Shown here in pieces: positions 1-6,534 of a stretch of DNA of 16,642 bases. The translations under genes and the position numbers were made by a program. The notes beneath the pieces were generated by a model that saw only the letters and a program-made list of their open reading frames with translations, was not told the origin of the DNA and made no database searches. Every line of letters begins with the position of its first letter. Position 1 is the first letter of the stretch. The DNA comes from Synergistales bacterium (GTDB taxonomy: Bacteria > Synergistota > Synergistia > Synergistales > Synergistaceae): positions 1 to 16,642 of the forward strand of contig BOCB01000037.1 in the NCBI GenBank assembly GCA_026002695.1, given 5' to 3'.

Positions 1-92
1 ATAGCGACTGGCGTCTAACAAGAACCGGGCGACCGAGATGATCGCCCTTACGGAGATAAATAAGATAAATAAATATATAGGAGGAATTTCTT

Positions 93-863
93 ATGATGTC
101 GCTTTTGAGTATGTTAAGTTCAACTTTGGGGATAGTATTTATCGTGGTTCTCTTTCTGTCGTCGGCCGTCAAGATCGTGCCGGAGTATCAGCGGCTCGTC
201 GTCTTCCGTTTAGGCAGGCTTATCGCGGCGAAAGGGCCGGGGATCGTGATAGTCCTTCCGTGGATAGACCGGACGCTGCGCGTTGACCTTCGCATGGTAA
301 CTCTCGACGTTCCCGTTCAGGAAGTGATAACGAGCGACAACGTCCCCATCAAAGTGAACGCCGTCATCTACTTCAGGGTGCTCGATCCGTCGCGCTCCGT
401 CGTCGAGGTGGAGGACTACATAATGGCGACGAGCCAGCTCTCGCAGACGACGCTGCGCTCCGTTATAGGGCGCTCCGAGCTCGACGAGGTTCTCTCCGCC
501 CGCGACAAGATAAACATGGAGCTCCAGCAGATAATAGACGACAGGACGGACCAGTGGGGCATAAAAGTGAGCTCCGTCGAGCTGAAAGAGCTCGAACTCC
601 CCGAAGGCATGAAGCGCGCTATGGCGCGTCAGGCTGAGGCCGAGCGCGAGCGCCGCGCGAAGATAATAGCCGCCGAGGGAGAGCAGCAGGCCGCCGAAAA
701 ACTCACGCAGGCCTCCGAGACGATGGAGCGCTCGCCGATGACGTTACAGCTGCGCTACTTGCAGACCCTGCGCGAAATAGCCGGCGACAAGAACTCCACG
801 ACGATCTTCCCGATACCGATAGACTTCCTGAAGCCGTTCTTCGACAGAACACGCAAGGACTAA
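93..863 (+). CDS. SPFH/band-7 (stomatin/prohibitin-like, YbbK/QmcA-type) membrane protein
   Basis: 256-aa ORF with an N-terminal TM helix ([15 protein letters not shown]), then a PHB/SPFH core ([36 protein letters not shown]...) and a C-terminal coiled coil ([24 protein letters not shown]). Strong SD AGGAGG at 79-84, 8 nt before ATG 93. A second ATG lies at 96. Confidence 0.88.
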   Translation: MMSLLSMLSSTLGIVFIVVLFLSSAVKIVPEYQRLVVFRLGRLIAAKGPGIVIVLPWIDRTLRVDLRMVTLDVPVQEVITSDNVPIKVNAVIYFRVLDPSRSVVEVEDYIMATSQLSQTTLRSVIGRSELDEVLSARDKINMELQQIIDDRTDQWGIKVSSVELKELELPEGMKRAMARQAEAERERRAKIIAAEGEQQAAEKLTQASETMERSPMTLQLRYLQTLREIAGDKNSTTIFPIPIDFLKPFFDRTRKD

Positions 864-894
864 AGCCGCCCGTTCATTATTAGGAGTGATTAGC

Positions 895-1314
895 GTGGAG
901 CAAAGTCAAGACATCCGATGGAAACAGCGTTTTCAAAATTTCAGCAGGGCGTTAAACTTGCTCCGCGAGTTAAACGAGTTTGACATAGATAATCTAAAAC
1001 CCATTGAGCAGGAGGGTTTTATTCAGCGTTTTGAGTTTACCTTTGAGCTTGCCTGGAAGACGGCTAAAGATTATCTGCAGGAAGCGGGCGTATTGCTTAC
1101 GGAAGTCTCGCCGCGCGCAGTGATAAAGGCGGCTTTCGCGGCGGGCATTATCACTGACGGGCAGGTGTTTATCGATATGATGCTTGCGAGGAATTTGTTG
1201 TCACACACCTACGAATTAACAAAATTCAAAGAAATTTTGACTAAGGTTAAGTCTGAATACCTTGCGGCATTGGAAACTTTTTATGATTTCTTGACGGAGA
1301 AAACATTTGATTGA
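895..1314 (+). CDS. hepT: HepT-like HEPN-domain toxin (HI0074-family nucleotidyltransferase substrate-binding protein), type VII TA
   Basis: The translation contains the family-typical IQRFEFTFELAWKTAKDYL segment and an Rx4HxY HEPN RNase motif (RNLLSHTY, nt 1189-1212). The ORF is open from GTG 886, but GTG 895 has a better-spaced SD (AGGAG 882-886). The stop TGA 1312-1314 overlaps the next gene. Confidence 0.8.
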   Translation: MEQSQDIRWKQRFQNFSRALNLLRELNEFDIDNLKPIEQEGFIQRFEFTFELAWKTAKDYLQEAGVLLTEVSPRAVIKAAFAAGIITDGQVFIDMMLARNLLSHTYELTKFKEILTKVKSEYLAALETFYDFLTEKTFD

Positions 1315-1603
1315 CACCGGGCTTTCAGAAAACGCGCTGCGGCTTATTCAGAACGTGATAAGCGGCACGAAGGTGACAAAGGCGTTGCTCTTCGGCTCTC
1401 GGGCAAAGGGCAATTTTCGCGCAAACTCCGACATAGACATCGCTTTGTGCGGCGATATAACGGTTATGGAGGCGGAGGAGATCGCTGCGCAGCTCGAACT
1501 GCTGCCGCTGCCGTTTACGTTTGACGCGCAAAGTTTCAACGAGATAAAAAACGCCGAACTGAGAGAACATATCGCGCGCGTCGGGGTAACTTTGTACGGG
1601 TAA
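1307..1603 (+). CDS. mntA: MntA-like minimal nucleotidyltransferase (HI0073 family) antitoxin
   Basis: 98-aa ORF with a GSx(n)DxD nucleotidyltransferase signature (LLFGSRAKG ... SDIDIAL). TTG start at 1307 with GGAG at 1294-1297. It overlaps the upstream hepT by 8 nt, which suggests translational coupling. Confidence 0.72.
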   Translation: MIDTGLSENALRLIQNVISGTKVTKALLFGSRAKGNFRANSDIDIALCGDITVMEAEEIAAQLELLPLPFTFDAQSFNEIKNAELREHIARVGVTLYG

Positions 1604-1715
1604 GCGTCTTATTTTCTTCTTCATAATTTTAATCGAGATAAATCAGCCTTCTTGAAATTTTCCAAACTTTCCTCGCGAAAGCTATATTATCGCTATATAA
1701 TAGAATGTAGTGTAT

Positions 1716-1749
1716 TATAATTAAAACCTATGTAACGTTCTGTTTACAT
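1716..1749 (+). promoter_or_regulatory. Putative sigma70 -10 (TATAAT 1716-1721) followed by palindromic operator-like site ATGTAA-N8-TTACAT (1730-1749)
   Basis: AT-rich 165-bp intergenic region. There is a consensus TATAAT, and a 6-bp-arm inverted repeat lies between it and the SD (GGAGGTG 1755-1761) of the zinc-ribbon/FDP operon. I see no convincing -35. Confidence 0.35.
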
Positions 1750-1768
1750 ATCTACGGAGGTGAGCGTT

Positions 1769-2149
1769 ATGCAAATCAACACATGCCGCGTATGCGGGAA
1801 GATATTCGGGGCCTCGGATACGTCAGTCTGTCCTTCATGCCGCAAGCTGCTGGATATAGTATACGAAAAAGCGCGGTCGTACCTCAGGGACAACCCGAAG
1901 GCCGAGCTGGACTCCAAATCTCTCGCCAAGGCCATAGAGGAGGACGTCAAGCTCATCGAAATACTGGTTGCTGAGGGCAGATTCGACCCGGGACATGAGA
2001 TGCCGACTGAGGAGGCCAATATGGACAAGCGCCGCAAGAAGCTGCTCGATGATATCCAGAAAAACCTTTCGGCCAGACCGGTGAAAGAGGAGCAGGAGCG
2101 CACTACCTACGGCAGTGACAGGCACGGAGAGAGACGCAACAAAGACTAA
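1769..2149 (+). CDS. Small zinc-ribbon protein (CxxC-x13-CxxC), possibly YvyF/TIGR03826-like
   Basis: 126-aa ORF starting MQINTCRVCGKIFGASDTSVCPSCRKLL with four Cys, followed by a helical region (ARSYLRDNP...IEILVAEGRF) that resembles the YvyF flagellar-operon family as I recall it. SD GGAGGTG is 7 nt upstream of ATG 1769. The ORF tracker's upstream start at 1760 lacks an RBS. Confidence 0.6.
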   Translation: MQINTCRVCGKIFGASDTSVCPSCRKLLDIVYEKARSYLRDNPKAELDSKSLAKAIEEDVKLIEILVAEGRFDPGHEMPTEEANMDKRRKKLLDDIQKNLSARPVKEEQERTTYGSDRHGERRNKD

Positions 2150-2162
2150 GGGAGGGGAAAAG

Positions 2163-3368
2163 ATGAAAAACATCAACGGAGTTTTGTGCGCGGCGCCATC
2201 CATATACTGGCTAGGATCCAACGACAGGGAAACGGATAAATTCGAGGGACTTTGGGATCTGCCGATGGGCGTGGCCTACAACTCGTACCTCATCGACGGC
2301 GAGAAGACAATCCTCATCGACACGGTAAAGAGCGCGTACACGGACGACGGCTTTTGCAGGCTTGCGGAGCTGCTCGGAGGACGCCCGCTCGACTACATAG
2401 TGGTGAACCATATGGAGCCCGATCACTCAGGCGCGCTCCCCACACTGCGCACACTCTACCCGGGAGTGAAGTACATACTGAACGCCAAGACGGCTGAGAT
2501 GATGAAGAACTTCTACGGAATAGACGGCCCGTTCGAGATAGTGAAGGACGGCGACACGCTCGACATCAGCGGACGGAGACTCGTATTTGCCTTCACGCCG
2601 ATGGTTCACTGGCCTGAGAGCATGGTAACCTACGACGCCACGGACAAGATTCTCTTCTCGAACGACATATTCGGAGGTTTCGGAGCGCTCGAGGGCGGAA
2701 TATTCGACGACGAGGCCAACCTCGACAGGGCTATCGACGAAATGATGCGCTATTACGTAAACATCGTCGGACGCTTCGCGGCCCCGGCACAGAAGGCGCT
2801 CGCGAAGGTTCGCACGCTCGACATATCGCTGATATGCCCGTCGCACGGCCCAATATGGAGGACCGACCCGAACCGCGTTATATCGCTGTACGAAAAATGG
2901 AGCAGACAGGAGACCGAGAGCGGTGTCGTCGTGGTGTACGGCTCAATGTACGGCAACACGAAGAGCGCGTCCGACGCCATATGCCGCTCGCTGTCGCTCG
3001 CCGGCGTCAAGAAGGTCATCGTATACGACATATCGCGCTCAAATATGTCTTACGTGACAACTGACATCTGGCGTTACTCGGGGCTCATACTGTCGTCCTG
3101 CACTTACAACATGGAGCTCTACCCGCCGATGGCCGCGCTTCTGCGCCTGCTCGAAAACAAGAACATGAAGGGACGCTCCATCGGGCTCTGCGGCACATAC
3201 AGCTGGAGCAGCGCGGCTCTGAAGGAGATGCGGGAGTTCGTCGATAAATCCAAGGGAGGCTGGACGCTCGTCGAACCGGCTCTTGAGATAAAGTCCCGCC
3301 CGACTTGCGACGACATGCTGCTTTGCGCCGAGCTCGGAAATAACATGGCGCGCGCCGTGAAAAGCTGA
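2163..3368 (+). CDS. Flavodiiron protein (class A FDP; metallo-beta-lactamase-like diiron domain + flavodoxin domain; O2/NO reductase family)
   Basis: Diiron ligand motif HMEPDHSG (nt 2409-2432) and a C-terminal flavodoxin signature VVVYGSMYGNTKSASDAI. SD GGGAGGGG immediately upstream of ATG 2163. The longer ORF from 2115 overlaps the upstream gene and has no RBS. Confidence 0.9.
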   Translation: MKNINGVLCAAPSIYWLGSNDRETDKFEGLWDLPMGVAYNSYLIDGEKTILIDTVKSAYTDDGFCRLAELLGGRPLDYIVVNHMEPDHSGALPTLRTLYPGVKYILNAKTAEMMKNFYGIDGPFEIVKDGDTLDISGRRLVFAFTPMVHWPESMVTYDATDKILFSNDIFGGFGALEGGIFDDEANLDRAIDEMMRYYVNIVGRFAAPAQKALAKVRTLDISLICPSHGPIWRTDPNRVISLYEKWSRQETESGVVVVYGSMYGNTKSASDAICRSLSLAGVKKVIVYDISRSNMSYVTTDIWRYSGLILSSCTYNMELYPPMAALLRLLENKNMKGRSIGLCGTYSWSSAALKEMREFVDKSKGGWTLVEPALEIKSRPTCDDMLLCAELGNNMARAVKS

Positions 3369-3451
3369 TTTATTGTCAGGAACCTAAAGGGTGAAGATAA
3401 AACGATGATCAGGCCTGTTGGTATTATCGCCCGCATTCGGCATAACCGCCC

Positions 3452-4096
3452 ATGAAAAGCTCTGACAAATCCTCTGGCGGTCTCCGAAAAAAGTCAGCGG
3501 CGAGGAAAAATCCGGGCAGGCTCACGCGCCACCTCCTGATGCTGCGTGAGCTTGCCCGCAATCCGCGCGACATAGGGGCGGTTTGTTCGAGCTCGCCCGC
3601 CCTCGCGAACGAAATGGCGCGGGCCATTCACCCTTCGCTGCTTAAATCGGGCTGTCTCATCGAGCTCGGCGCGGGCACCGGCCCCGTCACGGAAGCGTTG
3701 CTTCGCAGGGGTATCTCCCGCGACAAGCTCATCATCGTCGAAAAATCCGAAGCGTTGGCGCAGTGCCTCAAGGAGCGTTTTAACGGCGCTACCGTGCTAT
3801 GCTGCGGAGCCGAGGAGATTTCATCGAAGATAAAATTGAGCTCTCCGGTCGCAGCCATAGTGTCGAGCCTTCCCTTCCGCAGTTTACCGGCCGACGTAAG
3901 CGCGGCCATAATGTCAGAGGTCGGACGCATCCTCGCGCCGGGGGGGCTGTTCGTGCAGTTCACTTACGCGCTTCTCGGCGAGATGCCGTTCATCACCGCG
4001 GATTTCCGCAAGCTGCGCTCCCGTTTCATCCTGCGCAACGTTCCCCCGGCCAAGGTCGAGGTCTTTCGTAGGCGCAAAACTTCTGTGGGTGTATGA
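3452..4096 (+). CDS. Class I SAM-dependent methyltransferase, PmtA-like (phospholipid N-methyltransferase / RrnaAD-fold family)
   Basis: SAM motif I LIELGAGTGPVTEAL and a C-terminal LRNVPPAKV typical of PmtA-like enzymes. The 25-aa basic N-terminal extension is absent from canonical PmtA. No SD precedes ATG 3452; an ATGA overlap with the upstream uORF may provide coupling instead. Confidence 0.72.
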   Translation: MKSSDKSSGGLRKKSAARKNPGRLTRHLLMLRELARNPRDIGAVCSSSPALANEMARAIHPSLLKSGCLIELGAGTGPVTEALLRRGISRDKLIIVEKSEALAQCLKERFNGATVLCCGAEEISSKIKLSSPVAAIVSSLPFRSLPADVSAAIMSEVGRILAPGGLFVQFTYALLGEMPFITADFRKLRSRFILRNVPPAKVEVFRRRKTSVGV

Positions 4097-4140
4097 TGCC
4101 AATCAGGCATTTGGATTAACGATAACGCCATGTACCGGCA

Positions 4141-4998
4141 ATGAAGATAGTCGCGCTCAGGATATTGGCTGACACGCTGAGATCCTACAGGGATGGGGTG
4201 CCGAGGCTGCTCGACGCGCTGGACGAAATATCCGCGAAGGGCAGCTTTTTTTTCGGCATGGGAAGCGAGCGCAGCGGTTCCGCGATGTCCAAATTATTCG
4301 GCGCTGAAAAGGAAATAGTGCCGTCGGCTCCCGGCATATTGAAGGACGCGTTCAAAAGAGGACATGACTGCGGCGTCTGCGGCATGAACCCCAGGGAATG
4401 GCGGGCTCGTTTGGACAAACTCCCCGACACGTCCGTTCTCGCGAACATAAAAAACGCGCATTCCAATTTCCGCAAGAGGGTCGGCAGTCCGCCGAACGGC
4501 TTCGCGTCCCCCGGCTTTCGCGTAAACTACATCAGCCTTCGGACATTGGATGACGCCGGATTCAAATATTGCAGCGACACCTTTGGATTCTGCCCGTTCA
4601 TTCCCAAAATGTCGAAAAAAATCTTCGCCATCCCGCAGATTCCCTCGACCCTGCCCACGCTCGAAGACCTGCTGCGCCGCTTACAGCCTCAGGAAGCGAT
4701 GAACCTTCTGTCGAACATGGACGACGGACTGAACGTCCTGCCCGTTGACGCCGAACTTGCCGCGTCGCAGGACGCCCTCGGCTTCATACGCGCGTTTATG
4801 GAGCGCGCTGCCGGTGACGGGGTTAAATTTTTGGATATGCTGACCGTGGCGAAGAATATAGATATAAAAGCCCTGCCGATATGCGAAATTAACTATCGCG
4901 GGTCGCTCGGCGTACAGGCTAAAGAACCGAAACCCAACAATAACGTTTCCTCCCATGAATCACCGAGGGAAGAACCGCCGCATTGGATACCGATTTGA
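4141..4998 (+). CDS. ArnD-like polysaccharide deacetylase (NodB-fold) family protein
   Basis: The N-terminus MKIVALRILADTLRSYRDGVPRLLDAL parallels the E. coli ArnD N-terminus ([24 protein letters not shown]) from memory. It has a low-complexity C-terminal tail and a weak RBS. Confidence 0.55.
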   Translation: MKIVALRILADTLRSYRDGVPRLLDALDEISAKGSFFFGMGSERSGSAMSKLFGAEKEIVPSAPGILKDAFKRGHDCGVCGMNPREWRARLDKLPDTSVLANIKNAHSNFRKRVGSPPNGFASPGFRVNYISLRTLDDAGFKYCSDTFGFCPFIPKMSKKIFAIPQIPSTLPTLEDLLRRLQPQEAMNLLSNMDDGLNVLPVDAELAASQDALGFIRAFMERAAGDGVKFLDMLTVAKNIDIKALPICEINYRGSLGVQAKEPKPNNNVSSHESPREEPPHWIPI

Positions 4999-5013
4999 TT
5001 TAACATCGGTTAT

Positions 5014-5048
5014 GCAGAGGCGGCAGAATGCCGCCCCTGCGGTTTTTT
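5014..5048. terminator. Bidirectional intrinsic terminator between the convergent arnD-like (+) and ugd (-) genes
   Basis: A 12-bp stem, GCAGAGGCGGCA / TGCCGCCCCTGC with one mismatch, and a 3-nt GAA loop. It is followed by GGTTTTTT on the + strand. Confidence 0.6.
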
Positions 5049-5085
5049 GCGGAACAACGCGCGGAAATTGCCATCCGCCCCTGCG

Positions 5086-6411
5086 TTACCTGACGGCGCA
5101 ATTCCTGCCTATGCAGTAATACTCGAAACCAAGGTTTTTTATCGTCTGCGGTTCATACATATTGCGCCCGTCGAACAATATCTTGCCCTTCATATGAGAA
5201 CCGGCGCGCGCCCAGTCTATCGAGCCGAACTCCGGCCACTCGGCGACGAGCACCGCGGCGTCCGCTCCGGTTATCGCCTCACCGGCGCTGCGGGCATATT
5301 TGACAGAGCCGGGCAATACAGATTTCGCGTTATCCTCGGCTATCGGGTCAAAGGCCGTTATATCCGCGCCGTGCTCGACAAGATCGTTTATCAGTGTTAT
5401 CGACGGCGCCTCCCTCATATCGTCGGTGCCCGGCTTGAAGGCGAGCCCCAGTACGGCTATGTTGAGCCCGGTCAGATCCTGCCCGAAGCGGCGGCGCACC
5501 ATTATCGGCAGCACCCTCTTCTGGTTCCTGTTCACTTTTTCTATCGCCGAGGTTACCGTCATCTCGACGCCGCAGCCTTCGCCCACCCGGCAGAGCGATT
5601 GCACGTCCTTTGGAAAACAGGAGCCGCCGTAACCGCATCCGGCGTTCAGGAAATACTCGCCGATGCGCCTGTCCGACGCTATGCCGCTGCGCACGGCGCT
5701 CACGTCGCCCCCCACCGCGTCGCAGAGCCGCGCTATCTCGTTCATAAAACTTATGCGGACGGCGAGCATCGCGTTCGCCGCGTACTTGGTTATCTCCGCC
5801 GAGGCCGGATCCATGAATATTATCCTGTCCTCCTCCACGAAGGACGAATACAGCTCGCGCATGGCAGCCTTCGCCTCCTCGGATACCGCTCCGACCACAA
5901 CCCTGTCGGGGTTCAGGCAGTCATGTATCGCCCGCCCCTCCTTGAGAAACTCGGGGTTGGACAATATCTCGACGGGCGCTTTTATACCCCGCTCCCTCAA
6001 ATGGACGCCTATTTTATCGCACACAAGGCGGCCCGTTCCCACCGGCACAGTGGACTTCACGACGATAAAGCACCCTTTTCTGATATGAAGCCCTATCGAA
6101 TCGGCAACCGACAGCACCTGCGCGAGGTCGGTCTCGCCGTTCTCGGTCGGCGGCGTTCCGACTGCAATGAAGCACAGGTCAGCGTCAGTGAGCCCGTCGG
6201 CTATATCCGTCGAAAAAAACAGCCTGCCTTCCGCGGAATTCCGCGTTATCATCTCGGCAAGCCCCTCCTCGTATATCGGAGACTCGCCCCGTTTCAACAT
6301 CGCGACGCGTTTTTCGTCTATGTCGACGCACCAGACTTTATTCCCTTTATCCGCGAAGCACGACCCCGTGACGAGGCCGACATACCCGGTTCCGACAACA
6401 CAAATATTCAA
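5086..6411 (-). CDS. ugd: UDP-glucose 6-dehydrogenase (nucleotide-sugar dehydrogenase family)
   Basis: N-terminal Rossmann motif ICVVGTGYVGLV and the catalytic Cys motif GGSCFPKD. The ORF is open to GTG 6480, but those 23 extra codons encode a hairpin plus U-tract. A TTG at 6411, preceded by GGAGGG at an 8-nt spacing, gives the canonical MNICVVGTGYVG start. Confidence 0.85.
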   Translation of the reverse strand: MNICVVGTGYVGLVTGSCFADKGNKVWCVDIDEKRVAMLKRGESPIYEEGLAEMITRNSAEGRLFFSTDIADGLTDADLCFIAVGTPPTENGETDLAQVLSVADSIGLHIRKGCFIVVKSTVPVGTGRLVCDKIGVHLRERGIKAPVEILSNPEFLKEGRAIHDCLNPDRVVVGAVSEEAKAAMRELYSSFVEEDRIIFMDPASAEITKYAANAMLAVRISFMNEIARLCDAVGGDVSAVRSGIASDRRIGEYFLNAGCGYGGSCFPKDVQSLCRVGEGCGVEMTVTSAIEKVNRNQKRVLPIMVRRRFGQDLTGLNIAVLGLAFKPGTDDMREAPSITLINDLVEHGADITAFDPIAEDNAKSVLPGSVKYARSAGEAITGADAAVLVAEWPEFGSIDWARAGSHMKGKILFDGRNMYEPQTIKNLGFEYYCIGRNCAVR

Positions 6412-6426
6412 CGGCAAACCCTCCGC

Positions 6427-6460
6427 AACAAAAACTAAACCGTGGGGCTCCTCGCCCCAC
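6427..6460 (-). terminator. Intrinsic terminator/attenuator hairpin (GTGGGGC-GAGGA-GCCCCAC) plus U-rich tract in the ugd leader
   Basis: On the minus strand the sequence reads GTGGGGCGAGGAGCCCCAC GGTTTAGTTTTTGTT. It sits about 15 nt upstream of the ugd SD and downstream of the MFS stop at 6535. Confidence 0.55.
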
Positions 6461-6534
6461 ACCCCGGCAAGGGTTATCACCCTTGACCCTTATTCTGAAA
6501 CCTCCGCCTTTTAATTATACCCTTTATCGGCTCT

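Noticed and set aside
38-286. 82-aa + ORF overlapping the SPFH start in another frame
   Set aside because: It shares the region with a clear SPFH gene that has a strong SD. It is an Arg/Gly-rich out-of-frame artefact.
1325-1624. 99-aa minus-strand ORF (MKKKIRRLPVQ...) exactly antisense to mntA
   Set aside because: It starts in the AT-rich intergenic region without an SD. mntA on the + strand has the conserved GS...DxD motifs and translational coupling to hepT, so this is most likely a chance frame.
1769-1860. Zinc-ribbon protein as a rubredoxin partner of the FDP
   Set aside because: The Cys spacing is CxxC-x13-CxxC, not the rubredoxin CxxCG-x(~29)-CPxCG, and the aromatic rubredoxin core is absent.
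2115-2162. N-terminal extensions offered by the ORF track: FDP from 2115, zinc-ribbon from 1760, lysS from GTG 12247, MFS from TTG 7890, ugd from GTG 6480
   Set aside because: In each case an internal ATG or TTG with a well-spaced SD gives the canonical family N-terminus. The extensions either overlap the upstream gene or SD (FDP, lysS) or encode obvious RNA hairpins and terminators (MFS, ugd).
5047-6438. 463-aa + strand ORF covering almost all of ugd on the opposite strand
   Set aside because: Its translation is low-complexity and Arg/Pro/Gly-rich (YRRG..., RRRLPH...) with no recognisable domain. It is a typical antisense open frame in GC-rich coding DNA. The minus-strand frame encodes a clean Ugd with all motifs.
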